Assembly (NCBI RefSeq): GCF_006345805.1
Contig: NC_042999.1
Location: forward strand, 36,332,001-36,396,000
Length of the DNA stretch: 64,000 nucleotides
Reading direction: 5' to 3'
Origin: Octopus sinensis
Taxonomy: Eukaryota
Positions 48,180 through 61,407 of the stretch are shown piece after piece. Below the pieces are notes generated by a model. That model was not told the DNA's origin and did no database searches. It saw only the letters and a program-made list of their open reading frames with translations. Positions within the stretch are counted from its first letter, which is position 1. Each line of letters starts with the position of its first letter. The position numbers and the translations under genes are program-made.

Positions 48180-50279
48180 ATTCAAGGTTGTAAGGCAAAT
48201 TTGAAAGGTATTTAACTGCTATTTCTAGCAGGCCGCTTTGGTGATAATAATGTTTGCTTGAGAGTTACCTCCCTGAATTCTCTGTTTGAAGTCTGTATTT
48301 TCGATCAACATCAACTCTATATTCTAGGTAACTATACTTTCTTAGAATCTCTCCCGCTTATTCTTTCCTTAGTAAAAAAAAAAAAAAACACGGAAAGTAG
48401 GATCAACCACCCGAACGTCTTGTTTCTCATGTTTTTTCTTTTGTATTGTGACGATATATATTTTTATTTTAGTTATGATACAGACAAAAATGTTGTGGTT
48501 TCCATGTGGCTTAAGTGAAATGACACCAGCTGAGAATCGAAACCGAACTGCGACTTCATTTCATTGGAATATTTATCTCATCGGTGCATTCAGTAGACTG
48601 TTATTGCTCGACTTATATCGGTATCAGACAATGGTTAATATTTTTTATAAAGTAAAACCTTCTTAGAAGAGTTTTAGTTAATCAGTTGATTCATTTGTTT
48701 TCGTGCAGTATCAAGAACAAAAAAGCACATGGAGGCCTTACTAATTTCCCCAACTTTTTTTTTTATATAGTAAAATAGTTCACTTACCGCGGTAAAAATT
48801 TTTTTACCTTTACCGCTCCTCTGTGCCATAAAGGAAATGTTAAACGATTGGAATATTACGAAAACACTTAGAATTATAGTAAACACGCACGTGTGATACT
48901 TATTTCATTGTAACGGTTTGTATTTTGTCCGGGATTACTTCAGACTGGCTGGACTCGAGCGAAAACTACCTGCCAGTTCACAACTTTATACTTCAAATAG
49001 AGTGTAGATTTAGTTTTCTTTCTAATAAGATTTGCTATCGTTTTTGTTCGTAAGTCATCGAAAAAGGCGGCAAACTGACAGAATCGTTAGCACGCTGGAC
49101 AAAACACTTAGCGGCATTTCTTCTGGTTCTTTTACGTCCTGGGTTCAAATACCACCGAGATCGACTTTCCCTTTCATACTTTCAGGGTCGATAAAATAAG
49201 TACCAGTTGAATACTAGAGTCGATGTAATTGACGATTTTCTTCCCACTAAAATTTCAGGCCATGTGCTAAGTGGAGAAAGAATTTATAAACACTATTTCG
49301 AAAACTGTGTATGGTATGTACGAACGTATGTATGTTCTAGTTTTATTATTTGAATGTATCTACGTACGTAGGCATTTGTGTGTATATATGTATATGTTTA
49401 TATTATTAATTTTTGCTGACTCTTTTGTTGATATTTGTATGACTGATATGTCAAGCTACACGTGAGTGCGACTGGTAACATGTAACGCAGTACAATGTGT
49501 TACATGTCAAGTCATTAGCAACTAAACCACCCCTCAACACTAGGCCTACCTAGTAATGAGGTTGCTAGAAGCATAACAGGATAACAATACATGCCTTAAG
49601 GTCAACGACCATCTAGCAACAGCGTGCAAGCGATGGTGATATCTGAAAAACACCTTAGTCGATCTGAGAGCCTGGTGTTGGTGTTCAGTTTGGAAGTAAA
49701 TACTAGGTTGGTATCTAAGTTAAGTAACTCATTTTATGGGTAGATAATAACTCTTTACTTTTTGGCTGACAAACTATCTAGGAGGTGGAAAACTCGTATA
49801 AGAATGAATGAAAGCACACGCGTGCGCACATATACTGGTGCAGGAATGGTTGTGTTGTAAAAAGTTTGCTCTCCAACTGCATGGTTTTGGATTCATTCTA
49901 ACTGTATGGCATTTTGGGCAAGTACCGTGTCTTCTATTCTAGCCCCGTTCCAACCAAAGCTTTGTGAATAGATATGACAGTCAGAAACTCAAAGAAACAC
50001 ATCTTGTACATATATATATATATATACTTTAGGAAGTTAAAAGTTATGGCCAGTCATAGACTGACAATTGGTTTCACACCTATAAAGTGTTTTGCAGTAT
50101 AGACGACCCATCAGACACAAAAGACTGAAGGCACATAACTTCTCTAGAACTGGAGGAAGAAATACGTAATGGTTAGTTTATTTTCTAAGCAAATAATAAT
50201 TGTCCATTCAGCGAGACAGGGTTTTTCCTGTTACATTGGCTCCAGTCATGGTGACATTCGAAGGAGCTGTGGCAGGACT

Positions 50280-50612
50280 ATTCAACGAATGGGGAATTCC
50301 AAGTCTGAAGTAGGAAACATTTTAGATATGGACATTGACTGAATACCTCTTTTCTGAAGTTCAAAAAGGTCTCCAGGTCGAGCGAGTATTTTAGGATTCT
50401 TGCCCTCACAGCCAAGTAAAGCTTACATCATTTGCTACCATTTATACAAGTTCCTGGTTGTTCAAGGAGCTTCCATTTAATTATGTATGGAGTTTCTTCC
50501 CCTTTTAAATGCCAAATATGGCTGGCCAGGGACATGATGTTGCATCTTTCTGATATTTATGGTTGTTCAGATGTTGCTTAAATGATGGTGCAATTGAACC
50601 GATATATTTTCA
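50280..50612 (-). pseudogene. Degenerate GIY-YIG endonuclease C-terminus of a Penelope-like retroelement
   Basis: Manual - strand translation: KYIGSIAPSFKQHLNNHK.. (frameshift) SLASHIWHLKGEETPYIIKWKLL..NGSK*CKLYL..FLNFRKEVFSQCPY. It matches the PLE pattern YIG..FK.R..NH..LS.HIW.LK..I.W..C.LC..LN.R.E....C.H. Confidence 0.7.
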
Positions 50613-51093
50613 TGGCTGTATATTGGTCATGCTACCACCACCAATGTTTGTTTTGTTAACTCTGGGTCTGATGTTGTTGCTGGAGTCACTGTCAATTCTG
50701 ATATTCCTGGAAACAAACAAGTGTCTTCTACTCTAGGTCAACCAATGCCCTACAAATGAATTTGGTAGATGGAAACTATGTGGAAGCCCATTGTTTATAT
50801 ATATGTGTGTGTGTGTCTATGTTTGTGTATGTACACCCCACTGTTTGACAGCTGGTGTTGGTTTGTTTACATCCTCATAATTTAGCATTTCAGCAGAAGA
50901 GACTGATAGAATAAGTACTGGGGGGTGGGATTTGTTCTACTAAACTCGTCAAGGAAGTACCCCAGCATGACTGAAACAAGTAAAAGTTAAAAGATATCAT
51001 TTACTTGTTTTAGTCATTATTATCCTACAAACTGAATATTTTAGTTGTTTTGCTGACAATCCTTTTCATTTCATTATAAATCATCTTCCATAA

Positions 51094-51354
51094 ATAAAAA
51101 ATAAATGCACCCTTTTTAAAGCCAAGTCGGGCTCATGGGCCCAGTTTCCCGGTTTCTATGGCATATGTGTTCCCCAGCTGGACGGGATGCCAGTCCATTG
51201 CAGCGTTACTCATTTTTGTCAGCTGAGTGAACTGGAGCAACGTGAAATGAAGTGTTTTGCTCAAGAACACAACGCGTCGCCTGGTCCAGGAATCGAAACC
51301 ACAATCTTACGATCATGATGCTGACACCCTAACCACTAAGCCATGCGCCTCCAC
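51094..51354 (-). mobile_element. tRNA/CORE-like SINE with 13-bp TSD
   Basis: TCATCTTCCATAA at 51081-51093 and 51355-51367. Head GGCGCATGGCTTAGTGGTTAGGG...GGTTTCGATTCC. Confidence 0.85.
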
Positions 51355-52731
51355 TCATCTTCCATAAGCAATCACTTAAACTTTTCACAACAAATCATTT
51401 GGATTAAATCATTCTACAGGTTCATCTGATGATTTGGCTTGGTTTTTACAGCTGGATGCCCTTCCTAATATCAACCACTTTACAGTGTATGTTAGGTGTT
51501 TTTAGTATGAATATATGTGTATGCATGCATGCTTACATATGTGTGTGTGCATACATGCGTGCATATGTGTTTATCTCCCTTCACTTCTTGACAACCAGTT
51601 TTGTTTTCTTTACATTCTTGTAACTTAGCAGTTTGGCAGAAAAGACTTAAAAATATAAGTACTGGGGGTCAATTTGTTTGACTAAAACCTTCAAGACAGT
51701 GCCCCAGCATAGCTGCAGTTCAATGACTGAAACAAGTAAAAAATAAAAGATATAAAAAAAAATTGACTGATGGCAAAGCATGGACCAACTATTACACTGT
51801 ATAACAAAATTTTTCTTTTTCAGTCTCTTTACTCTTTTACTTGTTTCAGTCATTTGACTGCGGCCATGCTGGAGCACCGCCTTTAGTCGAGCAAATCGAT
51901 CCCGGGACTTATTCTTTGTAAGCCCAGTACTTATTCTATCAGTCTCTTTTGCCAAACCGCTAAGTGACGGGGACGTAAACATACCAGCATCGGTTGTCAA
52001 GCAATGCTAGGGGGGCAAACACAGACACACAAACACACACACACATACATATATATATACATATACGACAGGCTTCTTTCAGTTTCCGTCTACCAAATCC
52101 ACTCACAAGGCATTGGTCGGCCCGGGGCTATAGCAGAAGACACTTGCCCAAGATGCCACGCAATGGGACTGAACCCGAAGTCGGTGTGATTTCCTATTTG
52201 TTTTTATCTAGGAATCAAAGGAAATGACTATTATTTTCTTCAAACTTTGCTTTTGTGACCTAAACATCAGTGTTTTGAAAATAACCTATTTTCCATTACA
52301 TTTCAGACAGATTCAGCACTGAGTTGCTGAAGCAGAAATATCGTTATAGTTCTGCTCAATATCACAGATTTGCTCGCCATTTGCTTGACCATAACCACTT
52401 GGTGGCTGACAATATGTGCATCTTTGATCATGAGCAGCAGTAATGGGGGAGCTTCTTAGCCATGTGGTGAGAGGAATTCTTTGGGGTTTGAATAAATGTA
52501 ACAAAATCAAAGTTTGAAAGGAATATTAGCCATTTTCCATATTTTCTAAGGGAAATAACAAACAGGAAATAACAGTTGCTACCTAAAGACAAAAATTCTG
52601 TTACACAGTGTTATAGGTACCTTCGATACATTTATTGGAATTCACTCTATTGCAAACATTCAGGCCAGATCTCCAATTTGAGATGCTTTTGTCCCTCCCT
52701 CTTCTCCACCCTGCCTTTCTTTGAAATTTAA

Positions 52732-52948
52732 CCCTTTAGTGTTCAGATTATTCTATCAAACATAATGCTTATTGATTCACATTGATTTGAATTAATCATG
52801 CATTTTCTCATATCTTCAAGATCTTGATGGTGTAATTACTTAATGTAGAATAACATTGTAGGGTAGGTGTGAGAGCCTGGATCTGGTCAGTTTGAGCATA
52901 AAACATTAAATATTTTGGCCGGATATAGCCGGTTTAAATACTAAAGGG
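52732..52948. mobile_element. piggyBac-like MITE (family 2)
   Basis: TTAA|CCCTTTAGTG...TACTAAAGGG|TTAA. Confidence 0.85.
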
Positions 52949-53290
52949 TTAAAGATAAAAAAAAGTTGATGCACCTTTGTATATTTTGTATAATTCACCC
53001 TGACATGACTTGAACCAACAATCCTTGGACCCATGTCTAAAAATAATAATTTTAATTGGTGTATTTCTTGATCTGTTTTAAGAAAACCAGAATTATTTTT
53101 AGTTGAGTTGGGACTTAAAATCACTAGAGACTAAATATATAATTCACCTAATTAATATGAAATTCTAAAATTAAATCACTACTTTTATTTTCACTCATTC
53201 AACACCCACATCATTGCATCTCCCTTGAAAATGGTGAAACAACTTATTCTACTAGGAAAAATGTCTGTGACCACATCCAAAAGAGATCTA

Positions 53291-55002
53291 CAAGGTGCAT
53301 TCCAGATGTTTTGAGACTTTTTCAGGCAAGACATTTATTAATTTCAAGGAAGTACAAAGCTCAAATCTTCAAAGTAGGATCCTCTGACTTCAGTGCATTT
53401 GCTATAGTTCTCCAGCCACTCTTCAAGGACCCATGAAAGTCCTCCAAAATAAAAGTATCTAGGATCCTTATCACAGCTTCCTTCACCTTCTCAATGACTT
53501 CAAAACAACTGCCCCTGAGGTTCACCTTCAGCTTGAAAATAACCAAAAGTCACAGAGAACAAGGTTTCAACTGTAGGGAGAGTGATGGGGCAGTTTTGAT
53601 TCCCATGTGTGCCAAGTAGTTGGTTACTAAGATAGAATTGTGGCCTGGTGCATTGTCCTGGTGTAGATGCCATTGACCCAAGTGAAAGACCTTAGGTTTT
53701 TATGATGAAATCTCTTCCTGAATCCCTTCAAAACCCTCACAAAGTATATTTTGTTGACCATCTGGCTAGAGGAAACCCAGTGGATGCAAATAATGTCTTT
53801 GCTGTTGATCATCATCATAAGCTTTCCAGCAGACTTGTTTTGCCTGGTTTTCTTGGGCTTGGGAGAGCCAAGATGTTTCCATTATGCATTCTGTCTCTTA
53901 GTCTCTGGATCATAACAGTAAATGCAACTTGTGTTACAGGTCAGCAAAGACTTGAGTACTCTTGGATTGGAGGTGATGCGATCAACCATCTCCTTGCTGT
54001 CACCAGTGCATCTTTCCTTCTGTTCATCACTAAGCACCCTGACAACAAATTTTGCACATGTTCAGAACTTTGTGAATAATTCTGTGTACAGTTTCCACAC
54101 CAACTCCAAACTGTATACTCTTTTACTCTTACTTATTTCAGTCATTTGACTGCAGCCATGCTGGAGCACTGCCTTTAATCGAGCAGCTCGACTCCGGGAC
54201 TTATTCTTTTGTAAGCCCAGTACTTATTCTATCGGTCTCTTTTGCCGAACCGCTAAGTAACGGGGGACGTAAACACACCAGCATCGGTTGTCAAGCAATG
54301 CTAGGGGGACAAACACAGACACACAAACACACACATGCATATATACATACATATATACGACGGGCTTCTTTTCAGTTTCCATCTACCAAATCCACTCTCA
54401 AGGCTTTGGTCGTCCCGAAGCTATAGTAGAAGGCACTTGCCCAAGGTGCCACGCAGTGGGACTGAACCCAGAACCATGTGGCTGGTAAACAAGCTACTTA
54501 CCACACAGCCACTCCTGCGCCTGTATATTTATTGTCTTTATAAATATATGACTGTGTTCATTCAGAAAATTGCAAATTTTCTCAATTAGCTCTGTCTTGG
54601 TGTCCCTTTCCCTTCTACACCTCTCCATTGTCTCTCACCTCCTCTCTTCTATCCTTGAACCACTTGTGCCAGTGAAAAACAGGTGCTTGGCTGATACCAG
54701 TTTATCCATAAATAGACTGGAGCATTTCATAAATTTCTGTGGCATTTTTGCCCAGTTTGACAAAAAACTATATTCCATAGTGAGCTTCGAACTTATCTTC
54801 ACATCCTGACTGCATTTCTACAAACTAATAAGCAGTGTTTAGTAAGGTGTGTTCAAAGTGCTGTTACAGCCATCTCCTTCAATCTGGAAGGAAAAAATTG
54901 GCTAGTCACCTTATTAGTTGTATGGTATAAAATTACAATAATCTCGAGACAGTTGTAACTGCCTTGCATAATAAAGTTTCAAAACTTTTGGAATGTACTT
55001 TG
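53291..55002 (-). mobile_element. Near full-length degenerate mariner transposon (interrupted by a SINE at about 54115-54520)
   Basis: TA flanks; ~30-bp imperfect TIRs CAAGGTGCATTCCAGATGTTTTGAGACTTT / CAAAGTACATTCCAAAAGTTTTGAAACTTT. Transposase fragments IHWVSSSQMVNKIYFVRVL..FRKRF and FKLKVNLRGSCFEVIEKVKEAV. Confidence 0.85.
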
Positions 55003-55699
55003 TATAAGAATACGAGATGGTCACACCTGAAATCATCATCATCACCATTTAACATCTTTTTTCTATGCTGATACAGGACTGTTTGACAGGAGCTGAGAAC
55101 CAGAGGGTTGCACCAAGTTTCAATGTCTGCTTTGGAATGGTTTCTACACTTTGATGCCCTTCCTAATGCCAACTGATTTACAAAGTGTACTGAGTGCCCT
55201 TTATGTAGTACTGGCACCAGTGAGGTCACCAAGTAACTCACAAGACAAGACTCAATGACTTTGATTATAGATCTGGATCAGAACTGACCTTGGGTTTAAA
55301 CAACAACTAAAACAACAATATTGCCATCATAAGTCTTTTGGTGCAAGAGAGATTTAAAAAGAAAAACTGTAATGATTTTCTTTTTCCTGGAGTTGGTTAG
55401 ATATTATTTATATTATGGCAAAAACATAGAAATAACATTGATGCTTTATGTTTGAAACCTAAATAGAAACAATATTTACATGACACAGTTGCCATTGTTT
55501 AGCCCCAGTTTAGTCCTGATCAAGTGAGAATATTAAGAGAAAAGGAAGAGGGGTAAATGAATTTAGGGATTTAATTAAAATTTTAAAAAGATGTCTGCTT
55601 CAAACCTACTTGATTCATGAGACCAGAGCTTATACAAATTTAAAGGCATTTAGACAGAGCACACAACTCTCCACCCTTGAATAAGGCACGAAGCCATCA

Positions 55700-56430
55700 C
55701 AGGATTAACCTCCAGGCACCACTGGGGTTCATTTTCAATTGAATAGCCTGGAACGACATAAAACAAAGTGCCTTGCTAAAAAGATATAATGCACCACTTA
55801 ACCCAGGAATTAAACTCAGGACCTAACGATCCAACACCCTAACCACTTGGCTCTGAGTGCACTGTTTCTTATAGCAGAAACAGCTGCAAGCTAATGAAGT
55901 TCATTATGTGACATTTGTTCCCCAATCATTCATTTATATGTGTATGTGTGTGGAGAGAAAGAGACAGAGATGGATAGAGAAATATACAGATAGACAAAGT
56001 GAAAGTGAGATTAACCCCCAGGCATCACTGGTACTTGGCAAAACATAAAATGAAGTGCCTTGCTCAAGGACATAATGCACCACTTGATCCAGGAATCAAA
56101 CTCATGACCTAACGATCCAACACCCTAACCACTTGGCTCTGAGTGCACTGTTTCTTATAGCAGAAACAGCTGTAAGCTAATGAAGTTCATTATGTGACAT
56201 TTGTTCCCCAATCATTCATTTATATGTGTGTGTGTGTGGAGAGAAAGAGATAGAGAAATATACAGATAGACAAAGTGAAAGTGAGATTAACCCCCAGGCA
56301 TCACTGGTACTTGGCACAACATAAAATGAAGTGCCTTGCTCAAGGACATAATGCACCACTTGATCCAGGAATCAAGCTCATGACCTAATGATCATATGTC
56401 CAACATCCTAACCACAGGGCCAGATGACTT
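55700..56430 (+). repeat. Tandem array of ~290-bp units (about 2.4 copies) built on a SINE fragment
   Basis: AAGTGCCTTGCT..A..ATAATGCACCACTT occurs at about 55765, 56055 and 56330; the intervening CTGAGTGCACTG...GAGATTAACCCCC occurs twice. Confidence 0.85.
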
Positions 56431-57253
56431 CATCGGGGATTTAAATTAGAAGAGGAGCTGTGGATATTTTAGTTGTTGTAAAAGAGCAATAGTGAGGGGA
56501 CAATAATTGGAACAAAAAAGAGTTTTTGTTGTTGTTTAGCCCCTAGCCATCCTGTCTTTTATTGAACTGTACCCTATCTGGGTATGTATTCATTTTTTTA
56601 AGAGAGTAAGATATAATTTAGGAGAAATTCAGTTACTGCTTCTGGTAACTAAATGAATTTGGTAGATGGAAACTGTGGAAACCCATTGTTTATATATATG
56701 TGTGTGTGTGTCTATGTTTGTGTATGTACACCCCACTGCTTGACAGCTGGTGTCGGTTTGTTTACATCCTCATAATTTAGCATTTCAGCAGAAGAGACTG
56801 ATAGAATAAGTACTGGGGGGGGGGGATTTGTTCTACTAAACTCGTCAAGGAAGTACCCCAGCATGGCCACAGTCCAATGACTGAAACAAGTAAAAGTTAA
56901 AAGATATCATTTTTTTGTTTTCATATTTTAGTTGTTTTGCTGACAATCCTTTTCATTTCATTATAAATCATCTTCCATAAATAAAAAATAAATGCACCCT
57001 TTTTAAAGCCAAGTCAAATAACTTTACAAATAACTACATGTTGTGAGAGAAAAACAATAACTAATCAGTGTATTATATTATTTTAATCAATTCAGCAATG
57101 ATGGGAGATAACTCCTGACATGTTTCAATCTAAATGTAACTTTATCAGTGTAACACAGACTTTGCCCCAGAATTTGTTGGATTGTTTTGAAATGTTCCAT
57201 CTGGGCTCTCTGCACTCTGAATTTAATTTTGCTGAAGTCAATTTTGCCTTTCA

Positions 57254-57254
<1 letters not shown>

Positions 57255-57284
<30 letters not shown>

Positions 57285-57387
57285 GTAATCATGATGATGT
57301 AATATATATATATATGATGTAATATATATATATATATATATGATGATGTAATATATATATATATATATATAATATATATATATATAT

Positions 57388-57419
<32 letters not shown>

Positions 57420-57420
57420 A
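57255..57420. repeat. Compound (CT)/(TA)/(GA) microsatellite
   Basis: Directly visible. Other (TA)n tracts at about 565-595, 798-843 and 23878-23913; (GGT)n at 15627-15667. Confidence 0.9.
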
Positions 57421-60400
57421 AAAAGTCTATTGTCAGACCTCAAGAGGGATGGGCTCTGCCATCCCTCTTAAGTGTAAAAATGCTTAAGATGCACAGTACA
57501 TCACAAGAGCACTCTGACTCATTCTGTAATTGAAGGCTTAAGGCATAACAAAACTTCACTGTTCTGTAGAAATAGTGATGAAAGAATCATGGAAGTAAAT
57601 ATGCAAGATTGTATATTGGTTGGTATAGAAGAAAAATAGAATTGTTTTGAGATTAATTAACTCATAGACTTTCTTTGCATGAAAAAAAAAAAAAACAGCA
57701 GTTAAGTTAATGTTAACATATTTAATATAAGTAGTTATCCAGTTTCTTGTTCTTATTTTTATATTTCAGCTTGAAAATATTCATATCTCACACTAAATTT
57801 TTCTATACTTTGTTTTGAGATAAGCCCCCCCCCACCACCACCACCACTGCCATACAAGTCTCTGCATGTCTTGAAATTACAACTAAGTCAATGACAGATA
57901 TATTTACAGCTTTTCTTCTTAATCCAACAAACAATAAATACAAGTGAAATTCTAGACAACCATTGCGATTACAGCTATTTGAAATAACTCTGTCCTCAAA
58001 ATTTTTAGCAGCAAGGTTTACATGAGAGTTACATAAAGTGTAATATCAGTTTAGATTTCACTTTTACTATTATTATATTCTAAAACTACAAAAATTGTGT
58101 TCTTGCTGGGTCTGTCTTCAACCCTTTTGCGGCATAAACGTTAGCACGCTGGGTGAAATGCTTAGCGGTATTTCGTCTGCCGTTACGTTCTGAGTTCAAA
58201 TTTCACCGAGGTCGACTTTGCCTTTCGTCCTTTCAGGGTTGATAAATTAAGTACCAGTTACGCACTGGGTTGATCTAATCGACTTAATCCGTTTGTCTGT
58301 CCTTGTTTGTCTGTTCTCTCTGTGTTTAGCCCCTTGTAGGCAGTAAAGAAATAGGTATTTCGTCTGCCGTTACATTCTGAGTTCAAATTTCGCCGAGGTT
58401 GACTTTACCTTTCATCCTTCTGGGGTCAATAAATTAAGTACCTATTTCTTTACTACCCACAAGGGGCTAAACACAGAAAGGACAGACAAAGGGATTAAGT
58501 CGATTGCATCGACCCCAATGCGTAACTGGTACTTAATTTATCGACCCCTGAAAGGATGAAAGGCAAAGTCGACCTCGGCGGAATTTGAACTCAGAACATA
58601 ACGGCAGACGAAATACGGCTATGCATTTCGCTCGGCATGCTAACATTTCTGCCAGCTCGCCGCCTTTCATAAATTAAGTACCAGTTATGCACTGGGGTCG
58701 ATGTAATCAACTTAATCCCTTTGTTTGTCCCCTCTGTGTTTAACCCCTTGTGGGCAATAAATAAATAAATTACTGTCAAATGTTTATTCATGAAGCACAT
58801 GGCTTAGTGGTTAGGGTATTCAGATCACAATCCTTAGGTTGTGAGTTCAATTCCTTGTGGCATGTTGTGTTCTTGACCGAGACAATTTATTTTACATTGC
58901 TCTAATCCATTCAGTGGGCAAAATTGAGTAGCACCTGTATTTCAAAAGCCAGCCTTGTCACACACATTCTGTGTCACGTTGAATCTTCATTAAGGGCACA
59001 CATGTGTAGTGCTCAGCCACTTACACATTAATTTCATAAACAGGCCCTTTCATTGATCAGATCAACTGGAACCCTCTTTGCTGTAATTAATGGAGTGCTA
59101 GTTTTATTCATATTGTTTTGGATTAATCACACTTTATCTTGTAGCTTCAATAATTCAGTGATGTGATCTATTATTTTTACAATGACATTGTAGAGTAAGT
59201 ATGAAAGGCTGGATCTGTCTGGTTTGAATATAAAACAGGTAAAATATTTTGAATGGATATCACTGGTTTAAATGCTAAAGAGTTAAAGTTACTAAATTAA
59301 CAGCTATTTTTTTCCCTAGCTGAAGATAAGTTAGAAAAAGAACCCCTATATCAGGGGTTCTTAACTATTGTTAACCTATGGACCCCTTTGATTACTATTT
59401 TATTCTGGTGGACCCCCATAGCCATTCCATGTTTAAAAACTAGTTTTATAGAAACTTTTTTCAAAATTCCTATTTTGTTTTTCACACATTAATTGTATTG
59501 AAATCAAATTCGATGACTAGCATCTGTGCTAGTAGAGCGCAAAGAGTACCATACAAGTGAGATCGTTGCCAGAGCAACAAGCTGGCCTCCATGCCAATGG
59601 CATGTTAAAAACGCCATTCGAGTGTGATCATTACCTGCATCGCCTTACTAGCACTTGTGCTGGTGGCACATGAAAAAACATTCGAGTGAGATTGTTGCCA
59701 GTGCCACTGGACTGGCTCCTGTGCAGGTGGCACATAAAAAGCACCATTTGAACGTGGCCGTTGCCAGTACCACGTGAGTGGCACTCATGCCGGTGGCACG
59801 TAAAAGCACCACTGCACTCTCAGAGTGGTTGGCGTTACGAAGGGCATCCAGCTGTAGAAATTCTGCCAGATCAGATTGGAGTCTGGTGCAGCCATCTGGT
59901 TCCCCAGTCCTCAGTCAAATTGTCCCACCCATGCTAGCATGGAAAGCGGATGATGATGAACTAAGTAAAATGTTAAAGAAAGAAACCTTGCAATACATAC
60001 TCTTTTACTTGTTTCAGTCATGTGACTGTGGCCATGCTGGAGCACTGCCTTTAGTCGAGCAAATTGACTCCAGGACTTATTCTTTGTAAGCCTAGTACTT
60101 ATTCTATCAGTCTCTTTTGCTGAACCGCTAAGTTACGGGGACGTAAACACACCAGCATCGGTTGTCAAGCAATGTTGGGGGGACAAACACAGACACACAA
60201 ACATAAACACACACATGTATATATACGATGGGCTTCTTTCAGTTTCCATCTACCAAATCCACTCACAAGGCTTTGGTCGGCCCGAGGCTATGGTAGAAGA
60301 CACTTGCCCAAGGTGCCATGCAGTGGGACTGAACCTGGAACCATGTGGTTGGTAAGCAAGCTACTTACCACACAGCCACTCCTATGCCTCACATCTCAAG

Positions 60401-61186
60401 CAACATTTTTCTGAGACCCTTAAAATACTATTGTGGATCCCCAGTTTACTATTTTGTGGTGTGGGCCCTGCAGAATCATGCATGGGCCCCAATTGAGAAC
60501 CACTACTCTATATCATTGTTGGCAAACTTTTTTAGCTCAGTATGTTGAAATTTCAATTCTTGCAATAATCCTATTGCTGTAGTATCACGTGTATAACATG
60601 TATTTTAATTATCTTTTATCTTCTACTTGTTTCAGTCATTAGACTGTGGCCATGCTGTGGCACCGCCTTGCAGAGTTCTAGTTGAACAAATTGACCCCAG
60701 AAAGTTTTTTTTTTATCCTAGTACTTATTCTATTGGTCTTTTTTGCCAAACTGCTATGTTACAGGGACATAAACACTCGATCACCAGTTGTCAAGTGGTA
60801 GTGGGGGGACATACACAGGCACAAAGATACTCACACACACACATAGATATATATACATATATACATACGACAGGCTTCTTTCAGTTTCTGTCTACCAAAT
60901 CTACTCACAAGGCTTTGGTCGGCCTGAAGCTACAGTACAAGACAATTACGCAAGGTGCCTTGCAGTGGGTCTGAACCAGGAACCATGTGGTTGGGAAGCA
61001 AGCTTCTTACCACACAGCCATTAATTTTATAAGAGGATATTGCAGAGAGATTTTTTTTTTCAAAGTCCTTTATGTGTCAACTAAAAACCTATGACATATC
61101 ACTGATGATATGAGTATCATGGCTTCACTGTCACTGTGCTATGGGATCATCTAAACTGTTAGGAATAGCAGCCAAATTTCTCTTAA

Positions 61187-61407
61187 CCCTTTAGTGTTCA
61201 GATTACTCTGTTAAATGTAATACTTTTTCACTCAAATTTTTTTGAATTAATCATGCATTATCTTATAGCTTTGAGGTTTCAATGATGTGAATGTTTATTT
61301 TTAGAATGTCACTGTAGGTTAGGTGTGAGAGGCTGGATATCGCCAGTTTGAATATAAAACATGTATAATATATTGGGCCGGATGTGGCTGGTTTAAACAC
61401 TAAAGGG
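61187..61407. mobile_element. piggyBac-like MITE (family 2)
   Basis: TTAA TSDs and 12-bp perfect TIR CCCTTTAGTGTT. Other copies at about 17793-18260, 22113-22339 and 59100-59286. Confidence 0.88.

Noticed and set aside
50425-50435. In-frame TGA next to Cys in the PLE endonuclease (GSK*CKL) as possible selenocysteine
   Set aside because: The position is typically Arg (SKRC), so CGA-to-TGA CpG decay in an already frameshifted relic is the simpler explanation; no SECIS was identified.
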